DNA of 64,000 bases from Mobula hypostoma (lineage: Eukaryota), in assembly GCF_963921235.1 (NCBI RefSeq), contig NC_086107.1, forward strand, positions 113,400,001 through 113,464,000, written 5' to 3'. Positions 25,624 to 38,775 of this stretch are shown here, in pieces. Position numbers and translations under genes: made by a program. A model generated the notes under the pieces. The model ran no database searches. It saw only the letters and a list, made by a program, of their open reading frames with translations, and was not told the origin of the DNA. The stretch's first letter is position 1. Every line of letters begins with the position of its first letter.

Positions 25624-25707
25624 CTTGTTGGCGCTGAGATCCAACTGGCCTCTCGGCTCCGCGCAGATTGTGGAAACTGGGAACTTGCCGGGGTCTTGGG
25701 CACTCAT
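25624..25707 (-). CDS. TMPRSS6: First coding exon of matriptase-family TTSP (cytoplasmic N-terminus)
   Basis: acaATGa start (A at -3) inside a CpG-rich region. Encodes 28 codons, MSAQDPGKFPVSTICAEPRGQLDLSANK, ending AAG|gtaagt (consensus donor, phase 0), compatible with the phase-0 TM exon. Confidence 0.7.
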
Positions 25708-26110
25708 TGTTGGATCTCCCTTCCGCTACTGCCAGATCTACAGTGCGGGCCACTGGCTCTCCCACTCTGCTCACCCTGTCCCGCCGCCGGGGTTTATTTG
25801 AGGTGAGGCGGTATACCTTGTTAATCAGCACCGGGCGATTAGCAGAGCTCTGGGGGGGGGGGGGCGGAGACCGGGGCAAAGGTCCGCAAGCTGCTAGCCC
25901 CGACCCCGACGGGTTGCCAGCTGTTCGGAACAAGCAGAAAATATCCTTAAAAAGAGAAACCTCAGCGCACAGCTGACTGCCAAGCCATGCCAAGCCGCGC
26001 CAAGCCAGGACAAAAAGCCCAGCTGTGTTTGTATCCCTCTGGGTCCTCCTGGGTGTGACGAGTACAGCTTTGCATTATATTTACTAAACAGGTATCTTTG
26101 TTTTGTTTTT
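25700..26110 (-). promoter_or_regulatory. CpG-rich putative TMPRSS6 promoter with liver-type motifs
   Basis: GGGGCAAAGGTCC (HNF4/DR1-like) at 25873-25885; GC box GGGGCGG at 25861-25867; GTTAATCAGCACC (partial HNF1) at 25820-25832; GTTTATTT (FOXA-like) at 25792-25799; further TATTTAC/TAAACA near 26078-26090. CpG density is elevated. Confidence 0.6.
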
Positions 26111-29101
26111 AGAAAAACTGCCCCTATATTCATTTCAAGTATATAAAAGCAGAGACTGGAAATTTGAAAATAAAACACTTCAAGTACTCCATAAGACTAT
26201 GAGACGCTGGAGCAGAATTAACTCATTCAGCTCACCGTCTCTGGAACACAATTACCATCAGACAACTAGAGAAGGCCGAAACAGGAGGAACCCTGAGTGG
26301 ATTATGAAACCATTTCACCAAGTACCTTCACTCCACCCGCCCTAAAAAGCGGGTTTGACCAGTGGCCACCCATTTCAATTCTACTTCCCATTCCCATTCC
26401 GACATGTCAGTCCCTGGCTTCCTCTACTGCTGCGATGAGGCCACACTCAGGTTGGAGGAGCAACACTTTGTATCCCGTCTGGGTAGCCTCCAATCTGATG
26501 GCATGAACATTGATTCCTGGAATTTCCAGTAATTGCCTCCTCCCCTCCTCTCCCTCACCATTCCCCATTTCTGTTTCCCTCTCTCATCTTATCTCTTTAC
26601 CTACCCATCACCTCCCTCTTTCCTTTCTTCCATGGTCTTCTACCCTCTCCTGTCAGATTCCCCCTCCTCCAGCCCTTTATCTCCCTCACCAATCAACTTC
26701 CCAGCTCTTTACTTCACCCTCTCTCCCTCTCCCGGTTCCACCTATCACCTACCACCTTGTACTTCTTCCTCCCCTCCCCCCTACATTCTTTACTCTGACC
26801 TCCCCACTTCGTCTCCAGTCTTGGCCGGAAACGTTGACTGCTTACTCTTTTCCATAGTTGCTGCTTGGCCTGCTGAGTTCCTCCAGCATTTTCTGTGTGT
26901 TGCTTTAGAAAATGTCCCCATTATACCTACTCCCTGGCTCCAGCCAATCAGCGATCTTCTAGCTATGCTAGTATCTTTCCCATAATACCATGGGCTCTTA
27001 CCTTGTTTAGTAGCCTCATGTATGGCACCTTGTCAAAGGCCTTCTGAAAATCCAAGTAAATGACATCCACTGACTCTCCTTTGACTATCCTGCCTATTAC
27101 TTCCTCAAAGAACTCCAATAGATTTGTCAGGTGAGATTTCCCCTTAAGGGAACCGTGCTGACTTTGGCCTGTTTATTGATTGATTGACTGATTGGTACAG
27201 GTCAGAACGGGCCCTTCCAGCCCACCGAACCACAGCTCTCAGCATCACTGATTCAACCCTCGCCGAATTTCGAGTGACCAATGACCTACTAACTGGTATG
27301 TTTTTGGACTGCAGGAGGAAACTGGAGCACCCTGAGGAAACCCACATGCTCACGGGGAGGACGTACGGACTCCTTAACAGAGGACGTCAGAATTGAACCC
27401 TGAACTTCGACGGTTCGAGCTGTAATGGCGTTGCGCTAACCGCTATGCTCCCGTGGCGCCCTATGCCTTGAACTCAATAGGCCAGGCAGCATCTGTGCAG
27501 AGAGAAAACGGGCATTATCGTTATCAAGCATCCCCTGACACAGGGAAAGCAAAATGTGTACTTTGTGCCCATTTTGCAGAGCAGCCCTATTCCTTCAGCT
27601 GAGTGACCCCAGCCTCTCTGAGACCTCCTCGGCCAGGGTCACTCATGGGTGTCGCATGATTCACAAGCCAGGGCAGTACAGTATGGAGAGCAAGCTGTTG
27701 CCCAGACAGCAGGCTCCTCCTCTCCACACAGCTGATGAACCCAAAGGAATGGCAGAGACCAATACGGTTTGGTGCCAGCAGAATCACAGGAGTTGCCAGT
27801 CAGTATTGAACTCAATGCAGGACTGTCTTAGGGGCTCCAGCTCTGGACTTTTCCCTCTGGGTTTACTCCCAAAGCCCTCCCCACGAGTGGGTCTAGCCGC
27901 AAGGCAGCGGAGGTTTGAGATCAGAGTTTCCCTTCTCCTAGATGGGCTGTCAACCACGGCTGATGAGCCCCATCTGCCCGAAGTGACTGGTTTTAAGGCG
28001 CCAGTCACCTGCCTATGGCCTTTCTGTCAGTAGAAATGGTTCCGTTTAGTAGCTAAGCCACATGTGAAGACCAGGAGCTGGACTTGGTTATCAGAGGCTA
28101 TTTGAGGCACACACCATTGCGAGCAGTTAATAGGTAGTGGGAGCTCATACCCAGCAACACCTGACAACCTTAAGGAAACAGAGCCTCGAGTTACTGTAAT
28201 ATTCAATTCCTCTCTGACCTCTCTGTCTTTGGTCTCCCACACTGCTCCACCATAAACATCAGCAACAATGTCTCATCCTGCTGTGGGCGATGTCCACCCA
28301 GGTCAGTCTCTGTCCACCCATCTCAGTCACTGTGAGCCCGCGTCAGTCACCGAGAGCCCACCCCAGTCTCTATTCACCCATGTCAGTCACCGCGAGCCCT
28401 GTGAACCCACATCAGTCACTGAGAGCCCTACTTTGAGTATTGAGTACAGTTCTCATTGCCCAGCTACTGGAAGGATGTCATTAAGTTGGAAATGGCTTTG
28501 AAGAGCTTCATAAGGATTTACCAGAGTGCGTGTTCCTGAGATAGAGAGAGGCTGAATAGGTCAGGGATTTTTCTTCTGAAGTGTGGGAGGCTAAGGGTGA
28601 AATTATAGAAAATCATATGGGGCATAGATAAGGAGAATAGACATAATCTTTTTCCCAGGGTGGGAGAGTCTAACACGGAAGGGTTCAAGCGGGCAACGTG
28701 TTCACACAGGTGTGGTGGGTATGTGAAATGAGCTGCCGGAGGAAGTGGTTGAGGCTGATACTTCAACAATGTTTAAAAGACACTTGGACAGGTAGATAGA
28801 CAGGAAAGATTGCAGGGGACATGGGCCATATGCAGGCAAAGTAGGTGAGCGACCTGGTCAGCATGGATGTGTTGGGCTGATGGGCCTCCATCCGGGTGGT
28901 ATAACCCTTTGGATCTGTGACATCAGTGTGCCCAACTCAGGACGATACTGTTTAAGCTCAGTTCTCGGTCAGGTGGGCTGCCTTGTAAGCTGCATTCTCC
29001 ACCTCTCCTTCTCTCTGCACAGAGGTTCCTGAAGCCTTGGCTGGGCCCTCAAGGCTGTGATCCACTCATGGTTGCCTTTCTCCCCCCAGCCACCTGTTTC
29101 C

Positions 29102-32100
29102 TTGACAACCACAATCTACCCTGCCACCACAACCTACCCTGCCACCACAACCTACCCTGACACCACAACCTACCCTGCCACCACAACCTACCCTGACAAT
29201 CACAACCTACCCTGACACCACAACCTACCCTGCCACCACAACCTACCCTGACACCACAACCTACCCTGACAATCACAACCTACCCTGCCACCACAACCTA
29301 CCCTGACAATCACAACCTACCCTGACACCACAACCTACCCTGCCACCACAACCTACCCTGACACCACAACCTACCCTGCCACCACAACCTACCCTGACAA
29401 TCACAACCTACCCTGACACCACAACCTACCCTGCCACCACAACCTACCCTGACAATCACAACCTACCCTGACACCACAACCTACCCTGCCACCACAACCT
29501 ACCCTGACACCACAACCTACCCTGCCACCACAACCTACCCTGACAACCACAAGCTACCCTGACACCACAACCGACCCTGACAACCACAACCTACCCTGCC
29601 AAACACAACCTACCCTGACACCACAACCTACCCTGACACCACAACCTACCCTGCCACCAGAACCTACCCTCCTGCCACAACCTACCCTGAAGCCACAACC
29701 TACCCTGACACCACAACCTACCCTGCCAAACACAACCTACCCTGACAATCACAACCTACCCTGCCGCCACAACCTACCCTGACGCCAAAACCTACCCTGA
29801 TGACACAACCTACCCTGACACCACAACCTACCCTGACGCCACAACCTACCCTGCTGCCACAACATACCCTGACACCACAACCTACCCTGCTGCCACAACA
29901 TACCCTGACACCACAACCTACCCTGCCACCACAACCTACCCTGACACCACAACCTACCCTGCCACCAGAACCTACCCTCCTGCCACAACCTACCCTGACA
30001 CCACAACCTACCCTGACACCACAACCTACCCTGCCGCCACAACCTACCCTGACGCCAAAACCTACCCTGACGACACAACCTACCCTGACACCACAACCTA
30101 CCCTGACACCACAACCTACCCTGACGCCACAACCTACCCTGCTGCCACAACATACCCTGACACCACAACCTTCCCTGCTGCCACAACATACCCTGACACC
30201 ACAACCTACCCTGCTGTCACAACCTACCCTGACACCACAACCGACCCTGACAACCACAACCTACCCTGCCAAACACAACCTACCCTGACAATCACAACCT
30301 ACCCTGCCAACCACAACCTACCCTCCTGCCACAACCTACCCTGAAGCCACAACCTAGCCAGACAACCACAACCTACCCTGACACCACAACCTACCCTGCC
30401 GCCACAACCTACCCTGACGCCAAAACCTACCCTGACGACACAACCTACCCTGCCACCACAACCTACCCTGACACCACAACCTACCCTGACGCCACAACCT
30501 ACCCTGCCAACCACAACCTACCCTTCCACCACAACCTACCCTGACACCACAACCTACCCTTACACCACAACCTACCCTGACACCACAACCTACCCTGCTG
30601 TCACAACCTACCCTGACACCACAACCTACCCTTACACCACAACCGACCCTGACAACCACAACCTACCCTGCCAAACACAACCTACCCTGACAATCACAAC
30701 CTACCCTGACACCACAACCTACCCTGCCACCACAACCTACCCTGCCAACCACAACCTACCCTGACAATCACAACCTACCCTGCCAACCACAACCTACCCT
30801 CCTGCCACAACCTACCCTGAAGCCACAACCTAGCTAGACAACCACAACCTACCCTGACACCACAACCTACCCTGCCGCCACAACCTACCCTGACGCCAAA
30901 ACCTACCCTGACGACACAACCTACCCTGTCGTCACCACCTACCCTGATGCCACAACCTACCCTGATGCCAGAACCTAGCCTGACACCACAACCTACCCTG
31001 ATGCCACAACCTACCCTGCTGCCACAACCTACCCTGACAACCACAACCTACTGTGACATCACAACCTATCTTGACACCACAACCTACCCTGCCACCACCA
31101 CCTACCCTGCCAACCACAACCTACCCTCCTGCCACAACCTACCCTGACGCCACAACCTAGCCAGACAAACACAACCTACCCTGACACCACAACCTACCCT
31201 GCCGCCACAACCTACCCTGACACCACATCCTACCCTGACACCACAACCTACCCTGACACCACATCCTACCCTGACACCACAACCTACCCTGCCGCCACAA
31301 CCTACCCTGACGCCAAAACCTACCCTGCTGCCACAACCTACCCTGACGCCACAACCTACCCTGACACCACAACCTACCCTGTCGTCACCACCTACCCTGA
31401 TGCCACAACCTACCCTGATGCCAGAACCTAGCCTGACACCACAACCTACCCTGATGCCACAACCTACCCTGCTGCCACAACCTACCCTGACAACCACAAC
31501 CTACCGTGACATCACAACCTATCTTGACACCACAACCTACCCTGCCACCACCACCTACCCTGCCAACCACAACCTACCCTCCTGCCACAACCTACCCTGA
31601 CGCCACAACCTAGCCAGACAAACACAACCTACCCTGACACCACAACCTACCCTGCCGCCACAACCTACCCTGACGCCAAAACCTACCCTGCTGCCACAAC
31701 CTACCCTGACGCCACAACCTACCCTGACACCACAACCTACCCTGTCGTCACCACCTACCCTGATGCCACAACCTACCCTGATGCCAGAACCTAGCCTGCT
31801 GCCACAACCTACCCTGACGCCACAACCTACCCTGACACCACAACCTGCCCTGCCGCCACAGCCTACCCTGACAACCACAACCTACCCTGCCCGCACAACC
31901 TACCCTGACGCCACAACCTACCCTGACAACCACAACCTACCCTGCCAATCACAACCTACCCTGCCACCACATCCTACCCTGACACCACAACCTACCCTGC
32001 CACCACAACCTACCCTGACGCCACAACCTACCCTGACACCACATCCTACCCTGACAACCACAACCTACCCTGACAACCACAACCTACCGTGCCACCCACA

Positions 32101-32256
32101 ACCTACCCTGACACCACAACCTACCCTGACACCACAACCTACCCTGACGCCACAACCTACCCTGCCAACCACAGCCTACCTTGATGCCACAACCTACCCT
32201 GACACCACAACCTACCGTGACACCACAACCTACCCTGACACCACATCCTACCCTGC
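29102..32256. repeat. 18-bp minisatellite (ACAACCTACCCTGACACC), ~175 units
   Basis: Directly visible, with interspersed 19-bp variants and higher-order blocks. Confidence 0.97.
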
Positions 32257-32679
32257 TTCACTCACTTCAACACTGAATTGATCCCTAAATCTATGGACTT
32301 TACAACTCACGTTCTCGATATTATTTATTTACTTACTTTTGTACTTACACAATTTGTCTTCTTTTGCACATTGGTTTTCTATCTGTCCTTGTGTGTAGGT
32401 TTTCATTGATTCCATTGTATTTCTCTGGTCTACTGTGAATGCCCGCAAGAAAATGAATCTCATGATAGTAAATGGTGACATATACATACTTCGATAATAA
32501 ATTTACTTTGAACTTATTGCGAAGTGATATGGGGCAAGTGGCTGAAATGTCAGTGGAGGGTGTGGTGGACGATACAGGAACTTTGAGATCAGTGACCTTA
32601 ATTCTCTTAGCTTGAAAATAGCTATGGTTAATTCTACTAGATTTATAGTAATTATTAATTTTAAAAGAGATAGGACTGA

Positions 32680-35600
32680 TCCATAAGACAAAGGAGCAAA
32701 AGTCAGCCTTTCGGCCCATCGAGTCTGTTCCACCATTTTATCATGAGCTGATCCATTCTCTCATTTAGTCCCTCTCCCCCCCTTCTCACCATAACCTTTG
32801 ATGCCCTGGCTACTCAGATACATATCAATCTCTGCCTTCAATACACCCAATGACTTGGCATCTGCAGCCGCCCATGGCAACAAATTCCATAGATTCACCA
32901 CCCTCTGGCTAAAAAAATTTCTTCGCATCTCTGTTCTGAATGGGCGCCCTTCAATCCTTAAGTCATGCCCTCTCGTACTAGACTCCCCCATCATGGGAAA
33001 CAACTTTGCCACATCCACTCTGTCCATACCTTTCAACATTAATCCACAAGTTAAAGTCCTAAATTGGGGCAAATCTACTTTTGATGGAAGTTGCAAAGTT
33101 TGATGGGTAGAGGGATGTCCGATACACAACATCAGAGAACCATGATGTTGTGGCCATTACAAAGACTTGGCAGAGAGAGGGACCAGAATGGATGCTTAGT
33201 GTCCCAGGGTTTCGATGTTTTAGAACAGATATAGAAAGGAGGTAAAAGGGAGCATGGGGATGGAGAGAATTCTTAGGGATTAGGTTGATGAGCATTTGGA
33301 AAACATGGCCTAATTACGAGAACCAGCATGGTCTTGTGTGGGACAGGTTCCGTGTCTTAGTAACTGGGTTGAGTTTTTTGACAAGGTGACAAGGGTGATT
33401 GATAGGTAGAGCTGAAGTAGAGAATGATTGATAAGATCAAGTTTTTTTGACAAGTGATGAGGGCAATTGGTAAGGTAGAGCTGCGGATGTTGTCTACATG
33501 GATTTTAGTAAGGCATTTGACAAGGTCCCTCATGTGAGGCGCATCCAGAAAATTAAGATGCATGGGATCACTGGTGAATTTGTATTCAGAACTGGCTTGC
33601 CCATACAAGACAAGGTAGTGATCAGAGGGACTTATTGTAGCTGAAGGTCTGTCATTAGTGGTGTTCCAAAGGATCTGCGCTGGGACATCTGATGTTTGTG
33701 ATATATATAAAGGACCTGGATGAAAATGTCGATGGGTGGGTAAGGAAGTTTGTAGCTGATGTGAAGATTGATGGTTTTGTGAGTAGCGTAGAAGATTGGC
33801 AAAGAATACAATGGGAAACAGATCAGTAGCAGATATGGGCAGAGAAATGGCAGATGGAGTTTAACCCTGTCTTGGTAGGTCAAACGTAAAGAGACAGTGC
33901 TCTTTTAAGGGTAGTACAGTTCTGAATACAAACGGCCAATTCACCATTGATCCCATGCATCTTAATCTTCTGGATGAGCCTCGCATGAGGGACCTCGTCA
34001 AATGCCTTACTAAAATCCATGTAGACAACATCCGCAGATCTACCTTACCAATCGCTCTCGTCATCTTGTCAAAAAAACTTGACCTTCCACAGTGTTGATG
34101 AGCAGAGGGATCTATAGTCCAAATTCATAGTTCTCTGAAAGTGGCTACACAGGTTGATAGGGTGGTTAAGAAGGCTTATGGCATGCTTGCTTTTATTAGT
34201 TGAGGCACTGATTCAAAAGTCATGTTGCAGGTTTATAAAACTCTAGTCTAACATTTCAGGAGTGCAGTGCTATGTGTTTTACTGAAACAAGGCTGCACGA
34301 GGACATACCTGATCAAACTTTTCCATGGACGGCTTCCAGACTGTTTGGGCTGACCGGAAGTGCACTGAGAGCGGTAAGCCTAAAGGAATTGGGAGCTTGC
34401 TGTTCTGGTTAACAACGGATGGTGCAATCCTGGTCATATTACGATCAAGGAACGTGTTTGTAGACCGGATATAGAACTTTTTGCTGTTGGACTCCGGCCA
34501 TATTCCACCGAGATACAACACTGGGCGTCACGGGAGGTCGTTCCTGCCTGTGGCCATCGAACGTGCAGCTCCTCCCGTGGAGGGTCAGACACCCTGAGCC
34601 AATAGGCTGGTCCTGGACTTATTTCCATCTGGCATAGTTTGCATATTGTTGTTTGATTGTTTGTGGCTTTTGTATTGCTATATTTATGCTCTATTCTTGG
34701 TTGGTGCGGCTGTAACGAAACCCAATTTCCGTCAAGATCAATAAAGTATATCTATCTATCTATCTATCTATAGTCAAGCCACATACCGTTCTGGTAGGAA
34801 GGATGTTGAGGCTTCCTTCGAGGTTGACATTGCCTGGATTAGAAGGCACGTGCTATAATGAGAGGTTGAACAATCTTGGGTTGTTTTCGCTGGAGCAGGC
34901 TGCGGGGAGATCTGATAGAGGTTTATAAGATTATGGGAAGCATAGATAGAGTGGACGGGCGGTATCTTTTTCCCCAGAGTTGAAATCTCTAATACCAGAA
35001 GGCATGCACTGAAGAATAGAGGGAGTAATTTCAAAGGAGATGTGAGGGTCAAGTTCTTTATAGAGAGGATGCTTGGAACGTGCTGCCTGGGGTGGTGGTA
35101 GAGGCAAATACATTAGAGACTTTTAAGAGACATTTGGATAGGCATATGAATGGGAGGAAAATGGAAGGATATGGACTTTATGTAGGCAGAGGGGATTAGT
35201 TTCATTGGCCATTTGATTAATTGGTTCGATATTGTGGGCAGTACTGTTCTATGTTTTAAGAGCTTCTCCAGATGCTGGAAATGCAGAGCAACACAGACAA
35301 ACTGCTGGTGGAACTCAACTGTTCAGGTAGCCTCTTCAGCGGGGAATAAACTGTTGATGTTTTGAGAAGAGACTCTTCATTAGGACTGGCCATCACCTCA
35401 CAGGCTCTGCCTATCACCTCCTTCACCTCCCTCCATATTCCCTTTCTCTCATGGTCCACTCTCCTCTCCGATCAGATTCCCCATTCTCCAGTCCTTTCTA
35501 AGCAGGCTCATGGGATTAGCGTGGGTGGGCATTGTAGTCAGCATGGATGAAGTGAGTCCAGTGGCCCGTTTCTTCGCCGTGATTCACTCCCTCAACCAAG

Positions 35601-36760
35601 GTCACTCATTTTTCCCCAGAGGAAATTTTCCCCAGGAGCTGTTCTTCCCCCAGGCTGGGGTACACGTGGCTCCAGGCACACCCCATGTGCGGGTGCTCGT
35701 CACTGCTACCTCTCTTCAGGGGCAAGGAAGGACTGAGACAGAATCAGGTTTATTATCACTGCACAGCTTGTTGTAAGACCATAAGACCATAAGATATAGG
35801 AGCAGAAGTAGCCATTTGGCTCATCGAGTCTGTTCCGCCATTCAATCATGGGCTGATCCAATTCTTCCAGTCATCTCCACTCCCCTGCCTTCACCCCATA
35901 CCCTTTGATCCCTGGCTAATCAGGAACCTGTCTATTTCTGCCTTAAATACACCCAATGACTTGGCCTCCACAGCTGTCTTTGGCAATGAATTCCAGAGTT
36001 TAACCACCCTCTGTCCAACTCATCCTGGAGGTTAATCTTTAGGTTATCTTGCACAAGAACTCTCAAGTCCCTTTGCATCTCTGCATTTTGAATTCTCTCC
36101 CCATCTAAATAATAGTCTGCCCGTTTATTTCTTCCACCAAAGTGCATGACCACACACTTTCCAACCTTGTATCTCATTTGTCACTTCTTTGCCCATTCCA
36201 CTGAACTATCTAAGTCTCTCTGCAGGCTCTCTGTTTCCTCAACACTACCCACTCCTCCACCTATCTTTGTATCATCAGCAAATTTAACCACAAATCCATT
36301 AATTCCATAGTCCGTATCATTGACGTACATCGTAAAAAGCAGCGATCCCAACACCGACCCCTGTCCACTGACAACCGGCAGCCAGCCAGAATAGGATCCT
36401 TTTATTCCAACTCTCTGTTTTCTGCTGACCAGCCAATGCTCCACCCATTCTGTTAACTCCCCTGTAATTCCATAGGCTCTTATCTTGCTAAGCAGCCTTG
36501 TCAAAGGCCTTCTGAAAATCCAAGCACACCACGTCTACTGCATCTCCTTTGTCTACCCTGCTCGTAATTTCCTCAAAGAATTGCAGTTGGTTTGTCAGGC
36601 AGGATTTTCCTTTCAGGAAACCATGCTGGCTTTGCCTATCTTGTCATGTGTCTCCAGGTATTCCGTAATCTCATCCCTAGCAGTCGATTCCAACAACATC
36701 CCAACCACTGAGGTCAGCCTAACAGGTCTATAGTTTCTGCTGCCTCCCACCCTTCTTAAA
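32680..36760. mobile_element. Cluster of CR1-type LINE fragments in both orientations
   Basis: RT/3' motifs at ~32680-33040(-), 33060-34240(+), 34790-35250(+) and 35770-36760(-; FVVKFADDTK). Confidence 0.85.
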
Positions 36761-38512
36761 TAGTGGAGTAATTGTCTTCTGCACTCTGGTTGATCTTTCA
36801 TTAATCCTGTTATAGATACTATTCTATAGATTTGCTGAGTATGCCCACAGGAAAATGAATCTCAGGGTTGTATATGGTGACATATGTACTCTGATAATCA
36901 AAGTTACTTTGAACCTTGTGATGGGCAGGTGGAAAAGGAGAAAGAACTCTTGTGTTGGGGACTGGGAGGGGTGCGGAGGCAGGGAGACATGGGAGGATTA
37001 GGAGGAGAGAGAAAGGGGAAAGAGGAGAAGCAGGAGAATTCAATATTCATGCCGTTAAGTTGTAAAGCATGCAGGCAGAACATGAAGTACCATTCCTTTA
37101 GTTTGTGTCTGGCCTCACCCTAAGAGTGGAAGAAGCCAGGTTCAGACAGGTCTGTGTAGGAATGTGAAAGGAGATTAAAATGGCTTCTAACCAAGAGATC
37201 TAGACAGTCACAGCAGAAGGAGAACATGTCCTTGGCAGGGTGTTCAGCCAGTGCTTGGTCTCACCGATGTAGCTGAGGCCACATCGAGAGCGCCGGATAC
37301 AGGAGATGAGGTTGGAGATGATGCGTGCAAACCCGGAGGGGCTGTTCAGGGCAGTGGATGCCGGTGAGGAATGAGGGACCGGGGACGTGAGCTACACCGG
37401 CTATAGTCGCGGGGGAAAGTGCCTGGGGAGGGGGACGAATGGGTGAACCAGCGAGGTATTGGGAGTGGTCCCTGTGGAAAGCAGAAAGGGTTGGTTGGGG
37501 AAGATGGGGCTGGTGGCAGGGTCAAATAGAAGCTGATGGAAGTGTCATAGAAAGACACATGGGTTGCCGGGTTGAGAGGAAGGTTGAGGGAGATCTCTCC
37601 CTGTTCTGCCAGGGTGGGGTGGGGCGAAGAGCGGGAAACAGAGGACATGTGGGTGACGTCTCCATCAACCTCAGCGATGGGGAAGTCCCAGCCAAGATGG
37701 AGTTTCTGTTCTCAAGATGAGGCCTCCTGCTCCAGGACATTTGAGGTGTCCTCCTTTTCTCACAGAAGGGGACTTTCCCCTCACTGAGGTTGACGGAGCC
37801 CTTACCCTCCCCCAGCCTTCTTCTCTCTCCCCCGATCTACCCAATTCCTCCTACTTGTACCCCAGCCCCCATCACTCTGTTCCCCCGCCTCCTCCACTCA
37901 CTCCACTTGCCCAAAACCCTTGCCCCCCCCTCACCTCCCACTGTTCTCACCACCACTCTTATTTGAGTCCATGGTTCATCTTCCTCTCCTTTTGGGTCCC
38001 ACCATCTATAGCCCTTTGTTGCCTACCCCCCCCCATCACCTCCCATCCTCTGTTGTTATTCCTACTCTTCCCTCCTCTATCTGCCTATCACCCCTCCTCT
38101 ACTGGCTCCACCAATCACCTGCCAAGTTCTTGCTCCATCCCTTCTCATCTCATCTCATCTGCCCTCTACTCTCACTGCCCAGGTGAAGGGTCTTGATCCG
38201 AAATGTAAGGGAAATGGCCCAGTCAGGAGTCAAACTCAGGCTGCTGGGTTGCACGTCCAGCACTCTGCCGCTACGGACTACGAGTCAACTCGATTGCAGA
38301 AGCCCTGATGCAGACAGGGGTCAATGCGCAGATTCAAAAGGCAAGCTTCCCTTTCTTTTTAGCAAAGATAGGCAAAAGCAGGCACCCAGTCCAACTGAGA
38401 AACACAGCATAAATGTAGTAATCCAAGATCTTAATACACAAATAAAATCCAGAAATAGCAGGCAATAAGCAGACATCAGAAAACAATGTAAGGACTCGAA
38501 AAGACTAAATAA

Positions 38513-38514
<2 letters not shown>

Positions 38515-38545
<31 letters not shown>

Positions 38546-38775
38546 CCCCCCTCTCTCTCCCTCCTTCTCTCTCTCTCTCTCTCTCTCCCTCCCTCCCTCT
38601 CTCTCTCTCTCCCTCCCTCTCTCTTTCTCCCTCTCCCTCCCTCTCTCTCCTCTCTCTCCCTCCCTCCCTCACTCTCTCTCTCTCTCTCTCCCTCTCTCCC
38701 TCTCTCCCTCCTTCTCTCTCTCTCTCTCTCTCCCTCTCTCCCTCCCTCTCTCTCTCTGTCTCTCTCTCTCTCTCA
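38515..38775. repeat. (CT)n/(CCCT)n low-complexity microsatellite
   Basis: Directly visible. Confidence 0.97.

Noticed and set aside
29033..32281. Mucin-like TTTYPD/PQPTLT exon after a plus-strand acceptor-like site at ~29032
   Set aside because: 19-bp variant units shift the frame and introduce TGA within a few units, and no partner exons were found.
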